From: Gemmatimonadales bacterium
GTDB lineage: Bacteria > Gemmatimonadota > Gemmatimonadetes > Gemmatimonadales > GWC2-71-9
Direction: 5' to 3'
Assembly (NCBI GenBank): GCA_046757925.1
Contig: JBHHZE010000011.1
Coordinates: forward strand, 4,145 to 68,144
Length of the DNA: 64,000 nucleotides
Both the position numbers and the translations under genes were made by a program. Position 1 is the stretch's first letter, and each line of letters starts with the position of its first letter. The notes below the pieces were generated by a model that saw only the letters and a list, made by a program, of their open reading frames with translations, ran no database searches and had not been told where the DNA came from. Of this stretch, positions 19,801 through 27,139 are shown one piece after another.

Positions 19801-20484
19801 TCAACGTACCGTCTCCTCGAGCGGCACCGTGCGAATGAACGCAGAGTCCGCCGTCTGGAAGGTGGCCGTAATAGTAAATGAGATCACCTGCTTGTCGTTG
19901 TCCAAAACCTGCTGCGTCCCACCCAGTTGCACGTCACCGATCCAAGGCGAGTTGGCGAGGTTCCGTGTGAATCGTGTATACCCACTCAAGTCGGCAGTGC
20001 GGCCCGCAATGGTGAAGCTCACCGGGGGCGTGCTGACCTCGCTCGGTTCTGCTGTGATGTCTGGAGCCGGAGCCGGCACGAATTCCAGACTCACCAACCA
20101 CGTAAAGTCCGGCAACGCTTTCGTCACTTCCTCTAATATGTGGGGCCAGATATAGCGCTCCGCATCGATGTCGCGGATCGACGCGAGTTCCGCCACCAGT
20201 GAATCACCCAGTCGCTGCTGCCGCTGTTTCGTGCGCAGAAGCGAACGGTATTGGCGAGCCAAACCCTCTATCCGAGTCGAATCTTCTTGTAGTACAGCAA
20301 GCTTCGCGCCCTCTGTGTAGTAAGTGTAGCCGACAAATGGCACCACGATCAGCCACGATCCGACCGCCGCCAACATGAGGGGATCACGGATCTTGCCAAA
20401 GAGTTCACCGAAATCTGGCAGTGCCAAGCCAGAAGCGGCTTTTCTCTTCTTCTTTTTACCGGGAAGTAGATTGATTTCAATCAT
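19801..20484 (-). CDS. pilN: PilN pilus assembly protein
   Basis: Canonical N-terminus MIEINLLPGKKKKRK (the INLLP motif that binds PilM), followed by one TM and a coiled-coil. Confidence 0.8.
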   Translation of the reverse strand: MIEINLLPGKKKKRKAASGLALPDFGELFGKIRDPLMLAAVGSWLIVVPFVGYTYYTEGAKLAVLQEDSTRIEGLARQYRSLLRTKQRQQRLGDSLVAELASIRDIDAERYIWPHILEEVTKALPDFTWLVSLEFVPAPAPDITAEPSEVSTPPVSFTIAGRTADLSGYTRFTRNLANSPWIGDVQLGGTQQVLDNDKQVISFTITATFQTADSAFIRTVPLEETVR

Positions 20485-20505
20485 TGGAACGCTCGGACTC
20501 GACGC

Positions 20506-21549
20506 TCAAGACCTGAGGGCCAAACCGGTGGCCAGCATCAGGAGCGGCGCCACTTCGTCCACGTTGATGGCGTCAAACACACCGTCCTTCACTTTCAGCC
20601 GTTGAATTGGATTCGCCACCTCCACAGGCAGGTTGAGTCTCTGACCGAGGACCTCGGTGAGACCCGGTATCCGTGCCCCGCCCCCACAGCAATAGACTCG
20701 CTGTATCGCACCGGCCTCCCGACTGGCAGACTGAAGGAAGGCCGACGCCCGCTCGACGCCGACAGCGATTTCATCGCCCCAGCTCTGGACGAACGGATCG
20801 AGATCCGGTGAGCGCTCGAAGCCCTTCAGAAGAGCGTCCGCGTCATCGGCAGAGAGCCCTCTCTCTCTCTGCAGATCCTCTCGGACCTTGCGCGTCCCAA
20901 TAGTGAGATCTCTCGTCAACAGTGGAATACCTTCATCCAAGACATTCACATTGGTGAGTTCGTGCCCAGTGTTCAGCAGGGCGGCAACCCCCTCCATGGC
21001 CTCCGGATGATTCAACCCGAAGGCGTTGTGCAGAGCGAAGGCATCAACGTCTACTATTTCCGCCTCCAGGCCTGCCTGCGCCAGCAGCTGAACCTTGTCC
21101 TCGACGAGGTCTCGCTTGGCAGCTACCAGTAGCACATCCATCTGGAGCCCCTCGCCCTCGGGATCCAGAATCTGAAAATCCAGCTCCACTGCCTCGATGT
21201 CGAACGGAACGTGCTGCTGAGCTTCCCAGCGAACCACCTCGAAGGCCTCCGATTCCTTCATCCGATCGACTTGGATCTTCTTGATAATCACGTCACGGCC
21301 CCCGACAGCGACCACGACCCTCTTCTGCTTTAGTCCGGCCGACTTCACAAGACCCTGGATCGTATCCGACACGATCCCCGGATCCATGATTTCTCCTTCA
21401 ACGATCGCGTCGGCCAAGACGGGGGTCACAGACACTCCACTCAGAATGGGCTCGCCCTTGGCGTGGTCAACCACGACAAGTTTTAGCAGTCCGCTTCCTA
21501 TGTCCAAACCAACCGTTCTAGAACTTCCACCAAGCCCGAAAAGCGCCAT
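20506..21549 (-). CDS. pilM: PilM, actin-like ATPase of the type IV pilus alignment complex
   Basis: VGLDIGSGLLKLVV N-terminus, FtsA/actin-like fold length, and C-terminal CCGGGARIPGL. Confidence 0.9.
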   Translation of the reverse strand: MALFGLGGSSRTVGLDIGSGLLKLVVVDHAKGEPILSGVSVTPVLADAIVEGEIMDPGIVSDTIQGLVKSAGLKQKRVVVAVGGRDVIIKKIQVDRMKESEAFEVVRWEAQQHVPFDIEAVELDFQILDPEGEGLQMDVLLVAAKRDLVEDKVQLLAQAGLEAEIVDVDAFALHNAFGLNHPEAMEGVAALLNTGHELTNVNVLDEGIPLLTRDLTIGTRKVREDLQRERGLSADDADALLKGFERSPDLDPFVQSWGDEIAVGVERASAFLQSASREAGAIQRVYCCGGGARIPGLTEVLGQRLNLPVEVANPIQRLKVKDGVFDAINVDEVAPLLMLATGLALRS

Positions 21550-21594
21550 ATCTGCCTACAGATCAACGAGATAAGTGTGGTGTGAAGGCAAACT

Positions 21595-21623
21595 ACAGTA
21601 GGGCCGACCGGCCAGTTTGTCAA
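21595..21623 (-). promoter_or_regulatory. Candidate sigma-70 promoter for pilMNOPQ (TTGACA-N17-TACTGT)
   Basis: The minus strand reads TTGACA (21623-21618), a 17-nt spacer, then TACTGT (21600-21595). This lies about 45 nt upstream of the pilM ATG. By-eye match only. Confidence 0.35.
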
Positions 21624-21673
21624 GCTCCAAGATACTTTAAGCAACCGGCAACAACCTGATGACTGGCCGGAAC

Positions 21674-22801
21674 TTACGGGATTTCTGCGCCCATCAGCCA
21701 ACCGCGTTCTCGCAGAAAAAACCCGGTGCCAGACCCCACGACCGCTGCGTGCATTGCACAGCTCGAGTAACGAAGCTCGCTCCCTCCGAGAACCTGGTTC
21801 GCTCTGCCCGACGACCCCAGTGATACGACGGCACCGAGAACCCGGGCGCCGTTAGCGCTGACAGAGCCGCTGGAGACAGCGAGACCGTCGTACTCCACTC
21901 CTGGCGCCAGCGAAAGATCACCGTCCACCACCAGAATCCCCTGACCCCGCCCCCCAATAAGTTGCAGGCTCCCCAGCGAGTAGACCAGAGGGAAGTAATC
22001 TCCACACGGACCCGAGCGATCATAAGGGTCGCCCCAATTCGTCGGGGCCGCTGTGACGCAAGTCGCATTCGACGAAATGGGCGCAACCTGGAAGCTCCCG
22101 CCATTGAATACTACCGTCGCGACATTCCGGAACTCGGCCAGGCCGGCTACTCCCAGGTCCCGCAGCAATGAGGGCGGCAATAGCGAGTCCAGCATGACTC
22201 CCAGGCCACCGCTCACGCAAGTTGGACACCCCGTCACCGCCGTCGACGACGAGTCGGCCGCGGGGATGCGGACGGCAGGAAATCGCGACGAATCGGGGGG
22301 ACATGTCCACCCAAAGGGTGAATGGTCGGAACCATCGATGATAGACCACCGGTCGATTTCCGTTGGTGCACTCGTGGTAAGAGCGGCCCGAGCTCTAAGA
22401 TCCAACGGCTCAATGCGGACCAGCGCCCCCAATCTCTGACCGGCCGCGCTAGGGCCCCCGATCCCTTCCGCGACAACGAGGAACAGCAGTTCGTTCATCC
22501 GGGTCAAACTCCCTCGAAACCCGCCCGACCCTGCTGTTTGACCGGCGAACGCAATGCTGTCACCTATCGACAGGCGATTGTAAACACCAGTGTTCCACCG
22601 CCGCACGGGTTCGACGAGACCGCGCTCTGCGACCGCAAGAGACTGCCGCAGACGGAGCAGATTGCGACCGATACGGTGCTCCGTTAGGCCTACCAACAGC
22701 GTGATGCTTACCAACGCGCCAACTACGAATAGGGCAAACACTGCAAGAGCGAGCGCAGCACCACGCTGCAAGCGACCAACTCTCACTGTCTGGTCAGCCA
22801 C
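21674..22801 (-). CDS. PilX-N-domain pilus assembly protein (large minor-pilin-like protein)
   Basis: N-terminus RLQRGAALALAVFALFVVGALVSITLL matches the PilX_N pattern (no Glu5). Has the C-terminal GQGILVVDGDLSLAPGVEYDGLAV motif common in this family. Follows the PilV/PilW-like genes. Confidence 0.6.
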   Translation of the reverse strand: MADQTVRVGRLQRGAALALAVFALFVVGALVSITLLVGLTEHRIGRNLLRLRQSLAVAERGLVEPVRRWNTGVYNRLSIGDSIAFAGQTAGSGGFRGSLTRMNELLFLVVAEGIGGPSAAGQRLGALVRIEPLDLRARAALTTSAPTEIDRWSIIDGSDHSPFGWTCPPDSSRFPAVRIPAADSSSTAVTGCPTCVSGGLGVMLDSLLPPSLLRDLGVAGLAEFRNVATVVFNGGSFQVAPISSNATCVTAAPTNWGDPYDRSGPCGDYFPLVYSLGSLQLIGGRGQGILVVDGDLSLAPGVEYDGLAVSSGSVSANGARVLGAVVSLGSSGRANQVLGGSELRYSSCAMHAAVVGSGTGFFLRERGWLMGAEIP

Positions 22802-22811
22802 GGCCGTTGCG

Positions 22812-23672
22812 TCATCGCATGGGGTTGTTGCGGAGGGCTATCAGAGTGCTGAGCGAATCTCGTAATACCGCACCCCCGGCTTGCGCCCGCTTGGGGGTAC
22901 GCGTGCCCACACCGACCAGCACAACTTGTATTGCGGCAACGTTCGCGGGAATCGCCGTGCGGTTGCCCACCCCATCGAGATAGGTGAAGCGCAGACCACC
23001 CGGCGCAAGCGGCCCAGCGACCGGCTGCGTACTTGTCCAACCACGTCCCTTCTTCCACTCGCCGACACCCAGCCAGATTTGTCCGTCTCCACCCCTATAC
23101 TGCAGATACCGAACCTGCTGGTACGCCCGGATGGCGCTTCCTGGGCGTACTGCAGCGAGTTCTGCCCTGGTCAGACCGGCAACTTGGACAGTGATTCCGG
23201 CCACCTTACCAGGGCACCCACGCGCGTAGCTGACCGATCGAATATCGGCGCGCAGCCATCTGTCGCCCGACACGCCGCCCGCGTCTCGGGCGACCCAAAT
23301 CAGAATCGAGTCTCTAGCCGGATCGATGTGACGCAAACCGAAGATCGGCACCCGCCCCATGATGACTTGGAAACGCCCGATATCGGGAGCCCTACAAAGG
23401 AATGCAACGCTTCTCACGACCTTCACCGTGAGCGAACCAGCCTCCATGTGGACGATATCGCTACCTAGAGAATCTCCTGCGTCGAGCCCCCGCAAATCCA
23501 TCTCGAGCGCAAACAGGCCTTCTCGAAGATTGGCACTGATGCCCGCCCGCTCAGTCTGTTGGCGGTAGAAGCGTTGACTCGCAATGACAACACCTCCAAG
23601 GGTGCTGGCGACCACAACGAGGAGCAGCATAGAAATGACTGATTCCACCAACGTGAAACCCTGCTGCTTCAT
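22812..23672 (-). CDS. PilW-like minor pilin (prepilin-type N-terminal cleavage/methylation domain)
   Basis: MKQQG|FTLVESVISMLLLVVV gives Gly-1, Phe+1 and Glu+5. At 286 aa its size fits PilW-type minor pilins. Confidence 0.65.
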   Translation of the reverse strand: MKQQGFTLVESVISMLLLVVVASTLGGVVIASQRFYRQQTERAGISANLREGLFALEMDLRGLDAGDSLGSDIVHMEAGSLTVKVVRSVAFLCRAPDIGRFQVIMGRVPIFGLRHIDPARDSILIWVARDAGGVSGDRWLRADIRSVSYARGCPGKVAGITVQVAGLTRAELAAVRPGSAIRAYQQVRYLQYRGGDGQIWLGVGEWKKGRGWTSTQPVAGPLAPGGLRFTYLDGVGNRTAIPANVAAIQVVLVGVGTRTPKRAQAGGAVLRDSLSTLIALRNNPMR

Positions 23673-24022
23673 GGGATGATCCGGCAGGGGATCGCCAACG
23701 CAAACGTGTCGCTGCGCTCGGGTGACGCGGAGGTTACTACTAGAAATCCGTCTGGCATTCCGTTACTGGAGACCCGCATCTGCCATTCTCCTCCTACAGA
23801 GCTTCGGCTCCACTCTCCCAAGGCATTCCCATTACAGCCCCTACTCCGCAACATGTCTGTTTGTGACCCGACCCAGAAGCTCTCTTTGGCAAGCTGGCGA
23901 CCTTCCGCAGCGGTATGTGCTACTAGTGCTGAACTGGACACAAGACCAAGCAGGCCCGCCGTCAAGAGAAGGATTGCCATCACGAGTTCGACCAGGGTGA
24001 CCCCCCCACTTGTACCAACCAT
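23669..24022 (-). CDS. PilV-like minor pilin (prepilin-type N-terminus)
   Basis: MVGTSGG|VTLVELVMAILLLTAGLLGL with Glu+5. The start is set at ATG 24022 because AGGAGG lies 5 nt upstream. The track ORF extends to 24133 through a non-pilin-like leader. Confidence 0.6.
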   Translation of the reverse strand: MVGTSGGVTLVELVMAILLLTAGLLGLVSSSALVAHTAAEGRQLAKESFWVGSQTDMLRSRGCNGNALGEWSRSSVGGEWQMRVSSNGMPDGFLVVTSASPERSDTFALAIPCRIIP

Positions 24023-24065
24023 CACACCTCCTAGAAGCCAAAAGCCTGTGTTCGACTTCACAATA

Positions 24066-24084
24066 CCGCCTCCCCAGGAGGCGG
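24066..24084 (-). other. GC-rich stem-loop between pilA and the minor-pilin genes
   Basis: CCGCCTCC / GGAGGCGG, an 8-bp perfect stem with a 3-nt loop (or 7 bp with a 5-nt loop). No adjacent T-tract. Possible attenuator or RNA-stability element. Confidence 0.3.
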
Positions 24085-24211
24085 GCCTAACCGATTTATT
24101 GCTGGGATGAACCTTTTTTTGCAGACCCCACACGATGGCGTGGGCGTCAACAACCGGACTGCTGCGGTTTGCGGGTAGGCTTTGGAAAAAGGGTGCCCCT
24201 CGGACAGTCCC

Positions 24212-24595
24212 TCAGTTGCAGGCCGGGCTGCCCTCCAATGTCGCAGGCGATGGTGGTGCGGCCGTGCCTACGAACATGGCACATGTGTTCGGGAGACCAG
24301 TGTAAGAAGCGGTAGCCGACCAACCGGCGATGTCTCCGCTTATCATCGTTATTACGACGTTCTTCGACGGTGTATAGGAGAACGCGGCATTCGGCACCGC
24401 ACCGTTGTAGTACGTGGCGTTGTCGTAATAGTAGCTCTCCTGGGCACTGGCCAGGTTCTTGAGATCGGTCTTCATGGTGGCCACGTAGGCCTTGCCCTTG
24501 GTCGAGGCGAACTTCGGCACCGCGACCGCGGCAAGGATTCCGATAATAACGACCACTATCAGCAGCTCTATCAGGGTAAACCCACGGCGGCTCAT
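24212..24595 (-). CDS. pilA: Type IVa pilin (downstream copy)
   Basis: MSRRG|FTLIELLIVVVIIGILAAVAVPKF is the class III signal peptide, with Gly-1/Phe+1/Glu+5. Has a C-terminal Cys...Cys disulfide loop (NTCAMF...GSPACN). RBS GGAGGGAGGGG lies upstream. Confidence 0.9.
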   Translation of the reverse strand: MSRRGFTLIELLIVVVIIGILAAVAVPKFASTKGKAYVATMKTDLKNLASAQESYYYDNATYYNGAVPNAAFSYTPSKNVVITMISGDIAGWSATASYTGLPNTCAMFVGTAAPPSPATLEGSPACN

Positions 24596-24616
24596 GCGGT
24601 CCCCTCCCTCCTGAAC

Positions 24617-24658
24617 GCTGCGCCGGATGGCACTGGTGCAAGTTTCATCCGGCGCAGC
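24617..24658 (-). terminator. Perfect 13-bp GC-rich hairpin between the two pilin genes (attenuator or partial-terminator candidate)
   Basis: GCTGCGCCGGATG (24617-24629) pairs perfectly with CATCCGGCGCAGC (24646-24658), with a 16-nt loop. It lies 41 nt after the upstream pilA stop and 21 nt before the downstream pilA ATG. No U-tract follows it. Confidence 0.45.
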
Positions 24659-24699
24659 AACTCAGCTAGCTCAAGGAAATGAGGATGTTTGCTAATACG

Positions 24700-25095
24700 T
24701 TACCAGCAAGCGACCTCACCCTCATTCGTAACCGCCGCGTTCGGGGGTGTCCCGTTCCCAACAAACACACCGCAGGTCTTGCCGGGTGCGCCGCTGTGGG
24801 TTGCCGTGGCGGCCCAGCCCGTAAGCGACGTTGCTCCACCGGCCATGTTCACGTCTTTCGTCGAGTTGAATAGGCTGTCAGCCTGAACCTGAGCCAACGT
24901 GCCATAGGTGTTGTGATCCGTGAAGTACGACTCTTCGGCGAGCACAAAGTTCTTGAGATCGGTCTTCATGGCGGCCATGTAGGCCTTGGACTTGGTACCG
25001 GCGAACTTCGGAATCGCTATCGCGGCCAAGATGCCGATGATGACCACAACGATCAGAAGCTCGATCAGAGTGAAACCCTTTTTGCTGCGAAGCAT
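24700..25095 (-). CDS. pilA: Type IVa pilin (upstream, promoter-proximal copy)
   Basis: MLRSKKG|FTLIELLIVVVIIGILAAIAIPKF, with a C-terminal disulfide loop (KTCGVF...GEVACW). RBS GGGAGG lies upstream, and it is directly downstream of a sigma-54 promoter. Confidence 0.9.
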   Translation of the reverse strand: MLRSKKGFTLIELLIVVVIIGILAAIAIPKFAGTKSKAYMAAMKTDLKNFVLAEESYFTDHNTYGTLAQVQADSLFNSTKDVNMAGGATSLTGWAATATHSGAPGKTCGVFVGNGTPPNAAVTNEGEVACW

Positions 25096-25164
25096 TTACC
25101 AACCTCCCGTGGAGTGAGATTCTTGCCTGCCCGTTCCGGGGACAATCGACCGTTGACGGCGAGG

Positions 25165-25180
25165 TGCAACCCGCATGCCA
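25165..25180 (-). promoter_or_regulatory. Sigma-54 (-24/-12) promoter of the pilin genes
   Basis: The minus strand reads TGGCATGCGGGTTGCA, which is TGGCAT-N5-TTGCA with GG and GC at the canonical spacing. It lies about 70 nt upstream of the pilA ATG at 25095. A PilR-type sigma-54 activator is encoded in the same cluster. Confidence 0.7.
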
Positions 25181-25205
25181 AATTAGGGCCTATAGCGTAA
25201 GTGAC

Positions 25206-25224
25206 TATAACACAAGATGTTATA
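25206..25224 (-). promoter_or_regulatory. AT-rich palindrome upstream of the sigma-54 promoter (possible bending or regulator site)
   Basis: TATAACA-CAAGA-TGTTATA, a perfect 7-bp inverted repeat about 26-44 nt upstream of the -24 element, in an otherwise GC-rich genome. Confidence 0.3.
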
Positions 25225-25263
25225 AGATAGACGCGGAGGAGGTTGATATCGGCAGCACCATCC

Positions 25264-25283
25264 TGCAAGGCTATTTGCAAGGC
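25264..25283 (-). promoter_or_regulatory. Tandem direct repeat TGCAAGGC-N4-TGCAAGGC (candidate enhancer/UAS for PilR)
   Basis: Two exact 8-mers with a 12-nt period straddle the stop codon of the TPR glycosyltransferase gene, about 85-105 nt upstream of the -24 element. A third partial TTGC follows. Confidence 0.3.
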
Positions 25284-27139
25284 GACTTGCTGTTCGCGAC
25301 CCTGGCCCTAAGCAATTCAATGGCCCGTCGCTCGGGCTCAGGTGCTAGTGTCAGGGCGGTGTCGGCCTGGGCAATTGCGGTGCGACAGGCTCCCGCACCG
25401 GCTGCCGCCTGAGCCGCCATTTTCCGGACCACCCAAGCTCGTGGCTCCCTGGCTATCAGTTCATCGAGAACCGAGGAGGCGCTGTCGAACTGCTTTGCCG
25501 CAAGCAGGACCTCACCCCTCACCAACGCGATCCCCCTTGTTTCACCGTGCAGTCGGGACATGGCATCCAAGACCCGGCTGGCCTCATCCGTGTGGCCAGA
25601 CCGCTCGAGCGCCAGAGCTAGAGGAAGCGCGGCCGATATGCGACCGGAATCGAGATCCACGGCGCGGGTCAGCAGCGTGATGGCCGGTTCATATAGATCT
25701 GAGGCAGCGTAACGTCGTCCCAGGTCTTCAAGCAATTGAGGATGATCTGGATTCAACCGGATCGCCATACGCATCTCTCGTTCTCCAAGGACCGAATCGC
25801 CACGCTCAAAAGCGTACCATCCGAGCGCCCAATGACTGCGGAACGAATTGGGAGCATCCTCTAGCAGATGGGTGAAAAAACCATCGTTGTCGTGCCAGAC
25901 CGTAGCACGTTGTATGCTTCGAGCCGCAAACAATACGCTGACGACCGCCACCACGACCCCCACCGGCACATGGGCGCGGTCCCTATCCAACGAAACAAGC
26001 CCCGAGTTCACGGCACCGCTCACCGCAAACGCCCAACCCACGGATGGGAGAAACAGCAGCCGTTCGGCAAGCAGTATTTCCAGCGGAACTACCACGTTGG
26101 ACACGACCGACACCGTCACGAAAAACAAGACCACACCGGCAACCAGCGGTGTCTCGTTTCTCTTCAGCCACAAGAGGCCCAGCAGTGCGGACCAAATCAC
26201 CACTGCCAATGCGTGATTCACCCCGAACGCCGGTTCGGGGACCAGCTCGAGTGGTGAGTAATCAGCCGATAGATGAATCGGAAGGAACAACAGCCTCAGC
26301 CATTCTAGGGATACCGGGAGCATCACCATGGCCCGCTGCACGACGGAGCCACGGCTGAGCCCACTGGCAAGCCCGCCCGCCGCAGTCGCGTCGCCTACAA
26401 CTTGATTTCTGAGCAGCAAATACACTGCGACCATCAGGACGAACGGCACTAGCGACAGCCACTCGCGCCGCACGATCGTCGTAAACTCGAGCTGTTTCTT
26501 CCGACCCACCAACATCCAGAGGAGCATCAACACGCCTGGAACGGTCAGCGCGTGCTCCTTCGCACCCAACGCAAAGGCAAACCCTGCGAGCGCCAACCCC
26601 AGCAGGCCGACCCGGGATCGAGCACTCTCCGCGATCCCTCTCTCCCACATCGCAAGCATGGCCGCCAGGTACCCAACCGCTGCCAGCAGCTCCGCCTGTC
26701 CCACCAAGTTCGCTGTTACCTCAACGTGCACTGGATGAACGGCAAACAGGATTCCCGATACCAACCCTACTGCCGGCGAAAACATCCGCGTCCCCAGGAG
26801 TGCCACGAGAAACGCAACGATTCCGTAGAGAACGATATTGACTGCGTGAAAAATCGTGGGACTGCCACCACCCACAGCCCACTCGATCGCAAGACTCACG
26901 AGTGTCCCGGGGCGCCACATCGCTCCTCCTCGATCGGGAGGCCAATAGCTCGATGTCACTAATGCCTTTAAGTCCAGGGTATGAACCACGTCGTTCTGTT
27001 GAATGATCCACACATCGTCGTACACGAATCCATTTACAATGGAAGGGAGAGCCACTACCAAAGCGACCGTCGAAGCGAGGATGCAGATGGAGAGTGTAGA
27101 ACTCGTAAACCGTTCGATCAGCCCGAGTACACCCTTCAT
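25271..27139 (-). CDS. Multi-pass membrane GT-C-like glycosyltransferase with C-terminal TPR repeats (TMTC/DUF1736-like)
   Basis: The first-loop motif NGFVYDDVWIIQQND is followed by about 10 TM segments, then a C-terminal TPR region (ERGDSVLGEREMRMAIRLNPDHPQLLEDLGRRYA...). The start is set at ATG 27139 (ATGA overlap with the upstream stop). The track start at 27235 adds 32 aa. Confidence 0.7.
   Translation of the reverse strand: MKGVLGLIERFTSSTLSICILASTVALVVALPSIVNGFVYDDVWIIQQNDVVHTLDLKALVTSSYWPPDRGGAMWRPGTLVSLAIEWAVGGGSPTIFHAVNIVLYGIVAFLVALLGTRMFSPAVGLVSGILFAVHPVHVEVTANLVGQAELLAAVGYLAAMLAMWERGIAESARSRVGLLGLALAGFAFALGAKEHALTVPGVLMLLWMLVGRKKQLEFTTIVRREWLSLVPFVLMVAVYLLLRNQVVGDATAAGGLASGLSRGSVVQRAMVMLPVSLEWLRLLFLPIHLSADYSPLELVPEPAFGVNHALAVVIWSALLGLLWLKRNETPLVAGVVLFFVTVSVVSNVVVPLEILLAERLLFLPSVGWAFAVSGAVNSGLVSLDRDRAHVPVGVVVAVVSVLFAARSIQRATVWHDNDGFFTHLLEDAPNSFRSHWALGWYAFERGDSVLGEREMRMAIRLNPDHPQLLEDLGRRYAASDLYEPAITLLTRAVDLDSGRISAALPLALALERSGHTDEASRVLDAMSRLHGETRGIALVRGEVLLAAKQFDSASSVLDELIAREPRAWVVRKMAAQAAAGAGACRTAIAQADTALTLAPEPERRAIELLRARVANSKSPCK

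Noticed and set aside
24185-24211. T5 run just after the downstream pilA stop, as an intrinsic terminator
   Set aside because: I could not find a stable stem immediately upstream of the T-run on the transcribed strand. Only 3-4 bp pairings are possible there.
24627-24640. TGGCAC on the plus strand inside the loop of the inter-pilin hairpin, as a possible sigma-54 promoter
   Set aside because: There is no GC/TTGC element at the required 10-nt spacing (it reads TGGCACTGGTGCAAG). It also points away from any plus-strand gene.
24147-24641. 164-aa minus-strand ORF overlapping the downstream pilA in another frame
   Set aside because: It is Arg/Gly/His-rich with no motifs. The 24212-24595 frame encodes a perfect prepilin leader with its own RBS. 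This is a typical out-of-frame shadow ORF in GC-rich DNA.
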